Assembly (NCBI GenBank): GCA_030141605.1
Contig: JAQGDQ010000096.1
Coordinates: 558,001-622,000, forward strand
Source of the DNA: Tubiluchus corallicola
Lineage: Eukaryota; Animalia; Priapulida
Length of the DNA stretch: 64,000 nucleotides
Reading direction: 5' to 3'
Position numbers and translations under genes: made by a program. Shown piece by piece: positions 10,014 to 49,074 of this stretch. Positions within the stretch are counted from its first letter, which is position 1; every line of letters starts with the position of its first letter. Below the pieces are notes generated by a model. That model saw only the letters and a list, made by a program, of their open reading frames with translations, had not been told where the DNA came from and made no database searches.

Positions 10014-13000
10014 ATGGCCACTACGAGTTGTTTAGAGATTCCTGAGGGAGGATTTTCTTTCGATAATTGCCAAAGGCAAGATAAAATTGCGCTTATTTCT
10101 GCATTAGTTTGTATAAATGATATTGTTCTTGTGCTTTTTGCTAAGGCGTATTTGTAAAAGTGATAGGCTTAATCAGTTATTGCTGTATTCTGCTTCGTCA
10201 TTCGCTTTATAACTAGTACTACTAGTAGTAGTATTATTACAATGTTTACAGTTAATGTATACTAGTCCCAGTACCGTATCATTTTTAGTCTTTAATGCAC
10301 TAGTCAAGTACCGTGACAAAGATTTAAAATTTAAATAACTTTAACGTTAACTGTCTTTAATTTAATCATTTTAACGTTATTAAATAGGTGCCTATCTTCA
10401 TTCCCGGACATTAGGCTTACACGTGGCTTGCAATTGAATTTTATTGAGCTTATTGACTATTTCAGAAATGCCGCTCTTCAAGAAAAAGGTTTTCGGATGC
10501 CGACACCATACAAGACTGGTACGACTATTGCAGGCATTGTTTTTAAGGTAAGATGTAATAACTGACAAATGTAACATCAAAATGATAAATTTTCTTCTAA
10601 CCCTCCCTCAGTTATTGACATATATATATCCGGGGACAGTCACACTTGTGTCAAACTGTTACAGTGCATTAGTATTGCTTGATAACGTTATAATACGAAA
10701 AACGAGTTTGTTGTTAATTGTAGACCAAAAAATAAACAAATTAAAATCCCAGAGAGTCGTCAGTGTTACAGCTTTTTGAAAAGAGCAGAAATTTTTGTGA
10801 TGTTTATTCATACATTGCTCTGTGTTAGATTATAGACATTCTAGATGTACTACTAATAATCTTTATTTAAGGTTGCCTTAGAGGACAATAGTTAACTCTA
10901 GCTCATAAGCTTTTTGCCAACTGAGGATAAAAATCTAAACACACACGCTAATGATCATTATTACTGCTTTGATTAATCCATGCTGTTGGCCAATGAACCA
11001 GCAATAAAACTTAGTTTTTGTGATGGACTTGAACCCACAACCTACAGCATTGCATGGAAAGCAAGCATGCTACTACTGGACTTCCTTCTTCATACCTACT
11101 ACAACTTCATATTTTTTATTTCAGGATGGTGTGATCTTGGGAGCTGACACGCGTGCAACAGAGGATACTGTGGTCGCTGACAAAAACTGTTCGAAGATAC
11201 ATTATATTGCTCCAAATATTTAGTAAGTGTATAGAACTTTCTAGAAAATAGTGTTAATGCTGTGTGTAAAAGTTAAAGAGGAATTCAAAAACCATGCAAC
11301 ATTTTTTTTCATAATGTGATACATTAATTTGAAAATTCCAACAATATTTATTTTTCTTCAGCTGTTGCGGAGCTGGCACAGCTGCTGACACGGAGATGAC
11401 AACTCAGCTCATCGCTTCACAATTAGAACTACACCGCCTCAACACGGCCAGAACGGTTCGCGTGTGCACGGCTAATAGATTACTGAAGCAGTTGCTATTC
11501 AGGTTAGACTTATGTGGTTTATGTGTGGAATGTGTTAAAGTTTGCACAAGACTCGTCATTACCTAAGTTTAAAGCCACGTTAGTAATGTTGAAATTCAAA
11601 AAATCACATTAAAATTTTAATTGTTGCACTTGTGTATGTCGGCTTGTTATACTGATTGGGTAAAAAAGCTCATAGTATCTAAAAAGTCATAAAGCAAGTA
11701 GCGCATAGAGTTACACTGTGCGAGCTTTTTTTTGCAGTTCTGTACACTGTAAGTGCTTAACTGCAGGGCATGCTAATTGTTGTGGCAGCACTGGAGCCTA
11801 GCTAATTATCAAAAATAATTTTATAGGATAAGATGTTAGCAATGGTATCTTAGCCATCATTACCAGAATCTTAAGATGTGCTAATATCCTTTGCCAAAGA
11901 GAGAATTAGCTACCAACAGTATAAGTGAGGAAAAGTGGCATCTCTAAACTGTCACTAATCTATTCACCAGCCAGGCCTAACATTGCTTAACTTTATAACT
12001 AAAAACATGTTACGACCATTTTTTTCACCACCTTCTTTGTTCATCTTTGTGTTTGTGCATGTATTGCAATTCTCGCAAGTCAAAATGATCTGATATCTAG
12101 TGTAAATACTAAAGCTTATCAAGTTAGTTTTTGGTCTGGACATGCTTTTATCTTGTATCGGATATTCAGTTTTATCTATAATACTTACTTGGCACTTAGT
12201 TCTCTCCACCCTAGGAGGTGCATAAAGCCGTGACACTCCAGCTTCAAGCCCTTCTGTCAATTGCTCACTCCAGCTCCTCCATCCTGTGTAACACCTCTCG
12301 GCTTCCACTGTCCTTCTCCATGTTATTTTCAGTCTATCCGCCTTTCCTCCCAGTGTCCATTCCATCGCTGCCTCACAGTCATTCTCACCTTCCCTGCGTA
12401 AGACATGTCCTGTCCAATTCGCTCTTCTTCCGACTTCATCAGAGTGTCATTGATATCTGTAACATTAATAATTTTTACGGGAATGGGTTGTTAACCCAAC
12501 CCAACCTTCCCTATCTTCACCATTCCAGGAAGGCTGATGGGGTCAAACAGCGTGTTGGTCTGAGCTGTTCTGTCCATTCCTGTTTAGCGTGACACTTTCC
12601 CATTATGGAATGGGCCAGGTGCTTCCCACCAGAGCTTCATCTGTTATCTTGGGACCCAGGCTGCACCACTTGGAGGAGTTGGCTTGGAAAGAGTTCTTTT
12701 GTGGTGTTGCTAGTTTTGCCCCCTTGTAGCCCTTATATAATACTATAAACTAGCATATTATCTCACACCAATATTGATTGTTGTCAAAATTTTCAGTGAT
12801 TGTAATCATTCATCTTTTGCAATAATCAGGTATCAAGGTTATATTGGAGCAGCACTGGTCCTAGGAGGAGTTGACATCAACGGACCACACTTATACTCAA
12901 TACATCCACATGGTTCTACAGACAAGCTACCGTATGTAACAATGGGTACGTAGAATTTTGTGTAAGATTAGATGAACTTGATGTGTTTAAGCACTTGATT

Positions 13001-14888
13001 AAAAAGTTATTTGTCTAAATGTGTATTTACTTCCAAATAAAAAACATTGAATAAATTATTAGGAAGCTCTGCTAAATGTATGCATGTAGATCAAACAAAG
13101 TCAGTGCTAGAATTTGTTCCTTAGGCATGCGACAATTAATTTGATATTTAACGCAAAGCCACTGTCGAGTAAAAATTGGCATAATCACATTGTTGTGGGG
13201 CACTGTGAGAGAATACGCTGTTCATGTTCCATGGATTAAGCAACAGAAGTTTTAGTTGGATACAATTTTGCACTTTTCTTGAATTTTTAGATTTACATTT
13301 AAATGTTACAGGTTCTGGGTCTCTGGCAGCAATGTCGGTGTTTGAGGAAAGATGGAAATCAGATTTGGCGGTACAACTTTATTGCTTTGTTTTTAAGCTC
13401 TTGTAACATTAATTCTCTTTTTCATATAAAGGTGCATGTTTTTATAACTTAATTACATTATCTTAATTAATTATTAACATTGCTGATCTGTTCAGTTCAC
13501 ATGACTTTTTTCACGGGACATCATGATGTTTAAAATGGATTTGAAATCTCATATCGCAATATTGCATGCATTATAGGATCGGTATAATTTGTCACTTGCA
13601 TTGAATTAGTTATTCTGCTTATCAGGTGGAAGATGGCAAGAAACTGGTGAGAGATGCCATCTCTGCTGGAATCTTCAATGATCTTGGATCGGGTAGCAAT
13701 ATTGATATATGCGTGATAACCAAGGAGAAAGTGGATTATATACGACCGTATGATGAAGCTAACATCAAGGGAAAGAGGTAGGTAATAGTTACAAGTATTA
13801 TGAATTCGTACTGATAACTTTTCAACTATTTTCAACAGCTGATATTGTGGGAAGCGAAAGAAGCCCCTTTGGCTGCTTTTCTTTTGGCGAGCTTTAAAGA
13901 GAGCAACTTTGTAGCATCGGTTCACTTGTGCACAATGTCAGCGTATGATTCGCCTAACTTATCCAAATACTTTGCATTACTTTCTTTGGGGTCAGTAAGG
14001 TTGGTTACGTGATAGTAACAGGACTGTCTTAATGCTTGGGCAGTAGCCCGGGGGCCCCACTAGCGTACGGGCCCAATGCTAATTTATGTATTTTGTGACT
14101 TGCTGTCAATATATAAATACTATACTAAACTATCAATATTTACTACTGAGTTGCAAATGTTTGTGTTGAACACTATATTAATAATAAATAATTCATAGTA
14201 GTTTCATACTGTGCCATTTCCGTCCGAATGGTTTACCAACTGAGTATTATTTATATTATGAAAATTTTGAAATATGAAATTTTTTCAAGGCTCATGTTAT
14301 ATTGTTCGAACATTTGTGTTGATTAATCTTTGCTGTACAGCATGTTTAAACACCAATTTTGTTGGAAGTACCAATACAATAAATATATGTTTCATTTTAT
14401 TGACCATTTGCAGTTTTATTCCAGTGAGTGGTTGTGTAGGTAGGGGTGCCAGAGCATTGCTTAGCTCTGGGGACCATAATGCTGTAAAGACGGCAATAAA
14501 TAGCACTAGAGGAAAGAGGGGTTAGAGTGGCTGTTTCAACGATTTAACATTAATAGCAAATACTTTGCTTTACACATCTACTTGAGGTCAGACCATCTTG
14601 GTTTTCACGTAGGTGATCAATCCTTAACAGAGCATCACAGCTTAGCATTAGTGAAGCCAAAATCTTGAACCTAATGCAAATAATTTCTACAATTTTACAG
14701 TAACTGGAGTTTTTATTGCTGTTTGAAGAACAATAGTATTATTTATGAATTTCCAAAATATGTAATTTGAACTTTTTTTCAGGCAAGGTTCATATAAGTA
14801 CAAGCCAGGAACTACTCCGGTTCTTACTAAGAATGTGATAAAGTTTGACGTTGTCGAGTCGACTGTGGAAAGCATGGACACGTCATAA
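10014..14888 (+). CDS. PSMB7: Proteasome 20S subunit beta type-7 (beta2, trypsin-like catalytic subunit), 8 exons, complete
   Basis: Exons 10014-10075, 10466-10547, 11125-11222, 11362-11502, 12830-12945, 13312-13370, 13626-13777, 14783-14888. Protein includes [16 protein letters not shown] (catalytic Thr1), [47 protein letters not shown] and [11 protein letters not shown]. Intron 1 is GC-AG. ATTAAA near 14955. Confidence 0.98.
11010..11082 (-). mobile_element. tRNA-derived SINE head fragment
   Basis: Minus strand gtccagtagtagca...ggttgtgggttcaagtccatc carries A-box-like and B-box (GGTTCAAGTCC) motifs. No cloverleaf. Confidence 0.45.
12186..12735 (-). mobile_element. Non-autonomous bipartite RTE-clade retroelement (RTE 5' UTR fused to RTE 3' end) with 9-bp TSD
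   Basis: TSD TATAATACT at 12177-12185 and 12736-12744. The 3' part translates [25 protein letters not shown]...[12 protein letters not shown], the RTE ORF C-terminus. The 5' part has the RTE-like UTR motif gggttaacaacccattcccgtaaaaa. The 3' tail is short taag-type repeats. Confidence 0.8.
12631..12732 (-). ncRNA. Candidate degenerate HDV-like self-cleaving ribozyme at the element 5' end
   Basis: Minus strand: GGGCTACA pairs with TGCAGCCT (P1, one mismatch); GCCA-actcctccaag-TGGT (P3/L3); GG immediately after P1' (P1.1); short tc-ccaa-ga hairpin (P4); weak P2. It begins 3 nt inside the TSD-defined end. Confidence 0.45.
14019..14498. mobile_element. hAT-like MITE (degenerate)
   Basis: Ends caggactgtcttaa ... 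taaagacggca, resembling CAGGGCCGTCTTA-type TIRs, with GC-rich subterminal cccggggcccc. TSD is not clean. Confidence 0.5.
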
Positions 14889-15772
14889 ACTTAGTGAATT
14901 AGCTGTACTGTGCAGAAGCATTTTATGTATCTAATTCTTTATACAAGTTTTGAAATTAAACATCTGCAGTTAAACAAGCTTCAAAGCTAGCATTTGAAAC
15001 GTGTGACGTACACTTCAGTTCTTTATCAATATTTCATTAGTATGTTTTGGAAGAAAAGAGAACGCATGGAAATGAGCATCCAAGGCTTTTCAACTATTGC
15101 AACAATATAAATAATGTACATTCTAAAAACAAAAATTAAAGCGGCATTGATGTTTTGAAGGCACGTAACGTTGCTGAAAGCAGTACTGTGCCATAGTGTA
15201 CTCTAAGGATCGACTATACAAGTATATGTTTATTCACGTTAAAAACAAGATAAAGCTTGGAGTGGAGACCAAAGCTAATAATTATAAATTTCCAAATTAC
15301 TTTATAACTTAAAGACGTCAAAAGCTAAAGTTTTCAAACTTAAAAATACCATAATATTTTTTACTAAGTATTTCAGTTATTTCAGTTACCATTTCAAAAT
15401 ATCCTGATATCTTTATTTTTGTGCATATGATCCGTGATAGCCTGTTCACGGAGTTGCTGTGTAAGTTGTTTGCGAATAATAACAAGAAAAAGAGTGAGAA
15501 AGAGAGACAGAGTGTTATATTTGTACAAAACTGCAAATTATGACACCGGGTGTTTAGCTTGTTTAGTAATGCAACACTGTCAACATGCTATTTTATGCCT
15601 TGAGCCCAAGTCTCCCTCATATCAATATCATAGTTATGTCACAATACTTTCAAGTTTATCATTTTCTTGTAATTTGAGTTCTGTTCTTTTTACTGGTTGA
15701 AATAATAATACAACTGTACCATTTTTGTGAAGTGGATGTATTTTAAATAGAATTTACATCGTAATAATAATA

Positions 15773-21902
<6,130 letters not shown>

Positions 21903-23147
21903 CTTGAATTGTCGCTTTGGCTGCTCCGCCTGGTGGCCGTTGATAATGACAACAAACTCTACGAATGAATGGAAGATTACAGATAAATTTTGCAATAACT
22001 TTTTAATAAAGATGTTTGTAAAACTTTGCTATAGTTTAATAATTACAGGGTTTTCGTGTGGACAATGTCGATTAGTAACTGTAACGAAAATGTAGTTGAT
22101 TCAACTTGAGTATAATTCATTTTCTTCTCGTTTCTTTTCAAATTTGGTAATGGTAATGTTGCGTAATGCCTAATAGTAATGTTACGAAAGTCACTAACAT
22201 AAAGCGTGTTTAATGAGTGCTTGACTAAGTTTTTTTTCAATTTTGTATTTAATAGTTATTTCACATGTAATTAAGTAAATTGTTTTTTAAAATGTATATT
22301 GTATCACAGAATATGCTTCTGAAGAGAAGAAACGTTAAAACTTGAATCCTGTGTGTAAACTTGTGCTGTAATGTAATTAATGAATCAACAAGGAGAAATA
22401 GGTCTTTATTTGCAGGATACTTTCAAAATCAAAATGGCAATGTGAAGACTGTATTGGTCCTTGGAATTTTTGTAATAGGATGCTTGATAAAATTATGTAA
22501 GAATTTGCTGAGCCTTCCATTTTCTCTTACAAAGTACACATTGTCCGAAGTACTACAGTTTTTCACTAGCACTGCTGTCAGTTTTCTTGTGACCTACAGA
22601 TGTGATATCAGCCTATCGTTTTAAGTAAGTAAAGCTTAATTATAAATAATCTTATCTACTGTACGTCATACATATGCAATATGTAATATTACGTTGTGGC
22701 ACTATGACAATGTATATGTGTAATGTCATTTCATTATATTATAAATGTGCTTATGAGCTCTTACTGAAATTTATTCCAATATAAAATTAAAAGTTTGTGG
22801 TGGTTTGCCAATTAAAATTTTGAAATCAAAGACCATAGTTTTATTTGTATAATTTATATAGTAATATTTTAATAGGTACATGTGGCAAATTCGTGTAAGA
22901 GGCTTGTAGAGTACAAATAAATAAATAGACAAATAGATTGATAAGTGGTCAGATAATTATTTAATTGTATTATGAATATGATAAGTAAACATTTCATCTT
23001 TCTAGGACAATATATCATATATCTCGTTTGAAACAGCTTTTCCTTAATTGAACACGTGATAATTTTAATGTTCAATATTGACACTTTAATGTTGTTTTCT
23101 TTTTACAGGTATTTAGTGTACCATTTTTTGTAATACTCTTTCACTTC

Positions 23148-42454
<19,307 letters not shown>

Positions 42455-43729
42455 AGGTTCTGACATCCAAGTTAATGTATTTGATTTGTGTATTACAAAA
42501 CATATGCATAATATTAATTGATATAAATAATCTGTTTATTTTATTATTCCATCACTGAATTCCACAAAACATTTGCTAGGGTGAGATGTGTGATAGAAAC
42601 TTTTCAGTTTGTGTTAATGTTGGTGTGTCCACTGTAAAACAATGCCACATTGTCACTACCAGTTACCAAAGTTAAACCTAATTATGACTATGTGACTTAC
42701 TGCAAGTTACAATATAAATCAATTATTCTGACTTTCCAAAATGATTGATTGTTACCTGGCAGTATAAAGTAAAACAATTGTCATTAACATATTCTAACGT
42801 ATTTTCTATTTTCTCTTTAATTTTTTTCTAACTCTCAAATTTACAATATAAACCTTGTGAAAATGTAATTTAATGATGAATTCAAACCCTATGTAACTAT
42901 AAAGCTTTGGAACATAATAAATTATTCATTACTCATCGTGCTATTTAAGTAAATAGTACCGTATTTTGATTTATTTCTATTTACTTGGTATTACATAACA
43001 AACAAGTAAATTCTTGTTGCATATGCATTCTATTTTTATCGACACAAATGATTAGGAAATTCTGATAACGCACATTCATGTAACTCTTCCACTACCTCTG
43101 TTGGAAGGTGATACTCCTTTTAGCATCTTAATATGATCTTTCACAAACTTCACAATCTTCCAAGTAGTTGTACAACTACCACTTATGTAGATATCATGTT
43201 CAGGTAACAAGAATACCATTAAACTCTTTACTTTTATCTTTTGAGGAAGGCACTGTTTGTGATCAAAGTTGTCCTTGCTCTCCTCCTAGACATTCTTCAA
43301 ACTCATAGAATCATGGTTTAATGGAAATCCAGCTGTTGCAATACTTTGTTGACTTTCTTCACAGTTTTCTTACCACTAAGGGCACCGCAAGAAAGCTCTG
43401 TTAGTCAAATAAGGTTGTAGGGAAGTCTATGGGTATTAACGACAGCTGCAGGTCGGAACCTCCTTCATTCATTTCGGAAATGTTAGGTGGACGGACACTG
43501 CCATGTTTTCAGTAAGTTTCTCTGGCAAATCAATAACTCTTCTGTTGTTATTCATGCTTTCATAATTATAATGGAGCAGTTAGCTGTTTTCATCATGCAC
43601 TTCAACTGAGGCATGATCACCATTTTCCTCTTTCCTTGTTTTTATCGCCTATTTTGAAAACACCAATTTGATAAACTTGATACATTTACTTTTTGACTTG
43701 AAATTCAGCTGCTCTATTTATATACATTG

Positions 43730-46700
43730 TCATCCAAGTTCATTACCTTCATTGCGATCTTTAGTTATGTTGTCTCCAAGCACCTCACTTTCATCAGCTG
43801 AATCTTCATTGTCGTCATGTTCGCTATTACCCACTGAGTCACTTTGTTCTTTATCATTGCCTTCACTGTCACTGTTATTACTAGAGGCATCACTGTAAGA
43901 GTCATTGTCACTGCTGTTTTGAATGTCTCTATACACAGGCCGGTTTGGATTATAATATTCTAGCTCTGCGACATCGTCGTCCTTTCTCTCTACAACGTAA
44001 GAAGGAAATTTAAGTGTGGCACTAATGCTCTTTTAAGGAAATTTTGTACTAGCTACGCAGAACTTGCGCAATAAACGATACATAAAATATTAAAAGTTTG
44101 GGAACAAGCAGATCTACATTCCATGGTACTATCTAAAAATACAATTTAAAGGGTGTACAAGTACATGCAAATCATGTAAGTAAACATTTTGCAGTAAACA
44201 AGGTAAAACTAGTTTTAAACATAATAGTCTTGCCAGTCTAGCCAAGCATGTCTGGAGTTCAATTTTCGCAAATACTCAGCTGTTTGGTACTGCCTCTCTA
44301 CACATAGTAAGTATTAGTACTTAAGTAGAGTATTAGAACATAAGTATCAAAATACAAAAAAGGTTTCAGTAGCTGTGTTGGAGTGCTCTAAGCTCTTCAA
44401 ATGACTAAACACTGTAGTAACTGCTCGTAATTCTGTAAACTCCTCTAAGGTGACATTTTTTGGCAAGCAGTGGATGCTTAGGAGCTAATTACTACCTTCT
44501 TTTCTGTTGCTCTAAACATCTCTAGGCATTGAGCCTCTATCCTTTGTTAGAGCATCCAACTGTTTCCTGTCCGTAGTAAAAATTTTCAACTCTTGTGATG
44601 TTATTGTTAAGTTTGGTCTCAGCTGTTGTGAATCCTTTTTAATTCTTCACATCCAAGTTGTTTTTCGTTTGCCTGGAGACAATTTAGCAGCTTTCAGTGC
44701 CTCGTTTAAATGTCAATCTCACTGGTGTTGTTTCTGGTAATCTCACTAAATGTCCTACCCATCTTAACCTGACTCTGATTTTAGTGATCCTAAGTGCCTC
44801 TTTGTTCTACAACTGCTCATTTGAAATGTTATACATTCCGCTAAACAGAAAGTGCAGTATTTTCTTTGAGTGCACGAAATATTGTATAGGGCAAGAAGTG
44901 GTAAAACCAAGATGATTTTACACATACCTCTTCTTGCTTTGTATTCTGCTTCGCACTGCTCAAGGTGTGCAGTCTGCACATGTACGACCTCCTCGCCTGT
45001 CTTGCAAGCAGCATACTTATCTAGAATATCCCTGTTCAAGTCATAAAATCCCAGACCCCACTTGAATTTCCTCAAGATGATTTCGCCCAGGTGCTTATAT
45101 CCTAGTAAAGAAAAAAGGTAGAATTTAATTGCTAATAAACAATTAAGTAGACGGATAGTATCACAAACAGTGTAGCAGAGAATATTAACCATTTTTAGCT
45201 AGCTTTTTATTTTGAAGCCACTGTGCATAAGTGATATAATCATTTACATGTACACCTGTCCAACTATCTCCTGGCACTAACTAAGCACTTCTAACTGGCA
45301 AAGATGGTTACCCAAAACAACTTTTACCTTTCTGTTTTCCCCTCCCAACCCCTGCCTAACATTTCTGATTTGCTTTCAGTCTAATTGACTTGGCAATTCG
45401 TTTTGTATAAGTTATGGGTCCCTATTAGACATCTCGTAAGTTTGATGAAAACTCTAGAAAGTCAGACATATTTGTTGAAGTAAACTTGCCCTGTGTTCTT
45501 CATACTGGTTGTCTCCAGAACAGGTGCCGTGACGGTGACAACACCTGTCCGTTTACCTGCTGAATCCACGAAGTTCTATGACTGGTATGCAAACTGACAC
45601 GCAATGGCTTCATAGTGGATCGAACCATCACAATATAGGGGTAAGCGGTGAAAATAAATGGTGTTACACCGTCATTTTTGGTTCTTATTCTTTCACGTGG
45701 AGATAAATTATGGCAAACACATTTCCTACTATGCCATATCATAGCATTTCCTCTCAACTGCCAGTACGAGATAACACGTAGCTGGTACATGGCTTCATAA
45801 ATGCGAGTTTGCACTTAAATCATGCCGTCTCATGGCAGTACAACAGCTCTTCAACTAACTACCAGCGAAGCTTTTAGTGGCATTAGCAGGTTGCTAAGCT
45901 TTTCTGTGAGTTGTATAGCATCATTTCATCAACTACATGTATACTCGTAGTAATAGTGGTTGTAGCATCACCTAGTATGAGTATACTTGTAGTTGGCAGT
46001 CAATGTGCTAATTACGGGTTTTTTCATTAACTGTTTGTCATAAAGGAGAAAGGCAGAAGCATTACAGATTAGCACCAGCATTTTATTTAGTGCCACAAAA
46101 CTTAAATTTAAAATATAATCCCTCGTATTATAATCCTAGGAAATAAATAATTTTATGACTCACCAGTAATGTAATATGCAGCAGCAAATGCCTCCACACA
46201 TGACAGTTCACAGGGTTTCCCATAGTTGACTGGATTGCAAGCTACTAGATACGGCAGCAGTCGCAAATGCTGCGCCTTCATTTGAGAAAACGGTGTGTCT
46301 TCAAGACGTGCCCAGGAACAATCAACTACGGCGAGTCCGTTCTGTGTAACAACATCCCTAAACATTCAAGTATAGAATCAAAACCAAATTCACACATTTC
46401 CCAGGGTGCAAAAGTGTAGTCGAAATAGTATTTCAATAACAGTTCATATTATCAGTGAACACATGTTGCACTCTACTTATACGAGCTGTTAAAAAACTGT
46501 GCATCAAAGGGAATAGCTCAGCTGTCACCGTATGCATTTAGCTGGAAAAATTGAGCAAGACAGGCCTGGTTAGCAGCAGGTCACTTATATTAATATCATA
46601 AAGGAAAACAGGACCATTTTTCGTACCTTATCTCATTTTTAAGTATGACAAAGAGTATACATTTCAAGGCCTATAATAATGTCAAAAAGTTTCTTGTAAT

Positions 46701-47354
46701 TTAATACCTGGTTAAAAATTTAATTAACTTCAGAAAAGCCCAGCTAGTGATGATGCCACAACAGAACACACATTCCACTAGCGTGTTGCACAGGCTTGCA
46801 AAAGCGAAAATTAAGGTACAGTACAACGTACAACATTCAGTTGTGATCTGCAAGAACTCAGCAAACTTTAAGTACAAAATTCAAATTTCAAGTTCATTGC
46901 TGGGCTCATGCGTGAGCTCTCGAATGTGTGCACTATGTCACAAGTGAACAACTCTAAACTGAGACGTACAGCATCTGTTTTTGTCCAATAGATTTACGAG
47001 ATGTAGATACTAGTGCCCATCTAACTTGTAAATAGCAAAATGCATATAAACGCAAATAAATAGCCAGGCGAACATACTTATCGCCATTCTGTGGCAATGT
47101 TATTTCATGTAAGTCATTCTTGAAAAAAATAGTATGTTTCCTTTCAACACTTTATTGGTATATTATTTTGAGTTACAGTTTAAGATGGAAACTTGGTGAA
47201 GTTGTTGGCTATCTTGATAACAAGCTAGGTTTTGTCTTCCTGCATTTAAATAACAAGCTCTACCATGGAGTTCTTAATATGGGCATGGAGTACCAAACTC
47301 TGTAAAATGGCTAAAGCCTTTATTGTTGTCTCTTTGACAAGAATAAAAATGTGG

Positions 47355-47403
<49 letters not shown>

Positions 47404-49074
47404 AAACATTCTGTAAAAAGTTACTGCTAGTAATTTTGAAAGTGAATTATAAAATCCATCTAGGAATACAATTTCCTTATTTCAAATTTATAATTTCGGC
47501 ATGCAAAATTAAAATACTAAAATGAAGGTTTTGTTTGTGTGCCCTGACACTATGATTGCTTCAGTATTATGCTATGTACTTTATCATTTAATAAATACAC
47601 AGGTAAATGGGTAGACTACAGAAAATTAGTAACAGTTTCTTAGCATGTAAAAATCCGGTAGTAATGAGTCTATATAAAAAATATGGAATATTTTCACTTG
47701 TTGCTCTGTTTACCAGTACAATTTGTTTCAACAGTCTCGTACCTGTCTGCAGGAGAAATGCAATGAGTCGCTACAGGTGTCAGTACAATGCCATTAAAGC
47801 GCTGATTTAGTTTCAGTACTGTTACGTAATGAAGCCTAGATAGTTTGCGACCGGTACATTTGCGAGGATCACAGTGTTGAAGGTCCCACATGGCGAGACG
47901 ACTCGGAAACAACGCACGTCTCTTTTCCTCGTCGGTGAGTGCACACGCTTCATCAGCTAAAAACACAGTTAAAAGGTTAAAAATAAGATAGTGCTCTTCT
48001 GAGATTTGCAATCTATTTTGTCTATTTTAAATTGCAATTTTTTAGATTGTGGAATACTGTCTTAACTTTGGGATAACATTGTAAATTCTAAATGCTTTTA
48101 TTCTCATTTTGTATACAGTAACTTCAGTATTTCAAGTGTCGTTTTTAGTCGTTCTAAATATGATTTATATGTTGTGGCTTTTTATGCTGAAATAAAGAGT
48201 AATCAATCAGTCAGTCAGCACTAGGCCTATGTCTTAAAAACATCAGGTCTCAGAAACAATTGAATTTGGCAACATAGGGGAATTACTGATTTACATTTGA
48301 AAGGAAAAGTTTTAACAAATATACTCAGAAGTGCATACTTTGCTGCTTATCTGTCTGGCCTATCCAGTAAATAATCTATAGCACAGATCAGCAATAAGCT
48401 TTGGTATTTATTAGCCCTAATCATTATTATTAACCTTAGCAGTGCAAATTTAGTTAATAAAATGCACTTTTTGTTTATGAACGTTAATACATTATTAGTC
48501 CATTTTTAGCATACTACTGATGATCTAGCCTAATGTGACAATAGCGTCTTAAATGTTTCTAATGTAATGAACACAAGTTAAAGCAATCTGGCGTTCAAAA
48601 TAACTTCATGTAATTAAAATGTGTTTAATTACCATCTCCATGTACTTACAGGATAAGACGCAGAACTAGGTTGCAATACCGAACTTTACTAATTTCATTA
48701 AACTTCAAATACGAGTTATGAACTCTTGCTTATTAAACCATAACTCTGTAAGATAATGCTTTTTGTACTTCTGAGCCAAATATGGCAGAGATTTCTGACA
48801 GTGGAAAAGGAATGTTATTTTTATGCCCCATACAATGCCTCATTACAAGTACATGTATTATATACAGGATTGCAATAGCTACGACTATGATCATTTCATT
48901 ACCCTCATTTCTTTGTGCATTGCCATCAGCGGGAAATGGATCATCGGTCCAACGCCATGAGCTGCCTTCTTCCAGCTGCAGTTTTTCTTTAACTCTGCCA
49001 CCTTTCTGCTTGTGCGTTTTCTTCGAATTACCTGCTGCCTGTAAATGACGTTTTCTGTGGCCACTTTTACCCAT
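43730..49074 (-). CDS. TSR3: 18S rRNA aminocarboxypropyltransferase TSR3, 5 exons, complete
   Basis: Exons 49074-48903, 47956-47743, 46357-46164, 45101-44928, 43989-43730. Motifs [64 protein letters not shown] and [11 protein letters not shown], followed by an acidic tail after NPNR. Confidence 0.97.
44520..44825 (-). mobile_element. RTE-like LINE 3' fragment
   Basis: Degenerate translation [21 protein letters not shown]...PGKRKTTW matches the RLRWxGHxxR...GRPxxTW C-terminal motif. Confidence 0.65.
47361..47400. repeat. (AT)n microsatellite
   Basis: Directly visible. Confidence 0.95.

Noticed and set aside
11010-11082. tRNA gene
   Set aside because: Only B-box-like similarity, with no acceptor or anticodon stems. 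Treated as a SINE head.
43718-43732. TSR3 TGA-C stop as a readthrough or selenocysteine site
   Set aside because: An in-frame TAA follows after three codons, and no SECIS was recognised.
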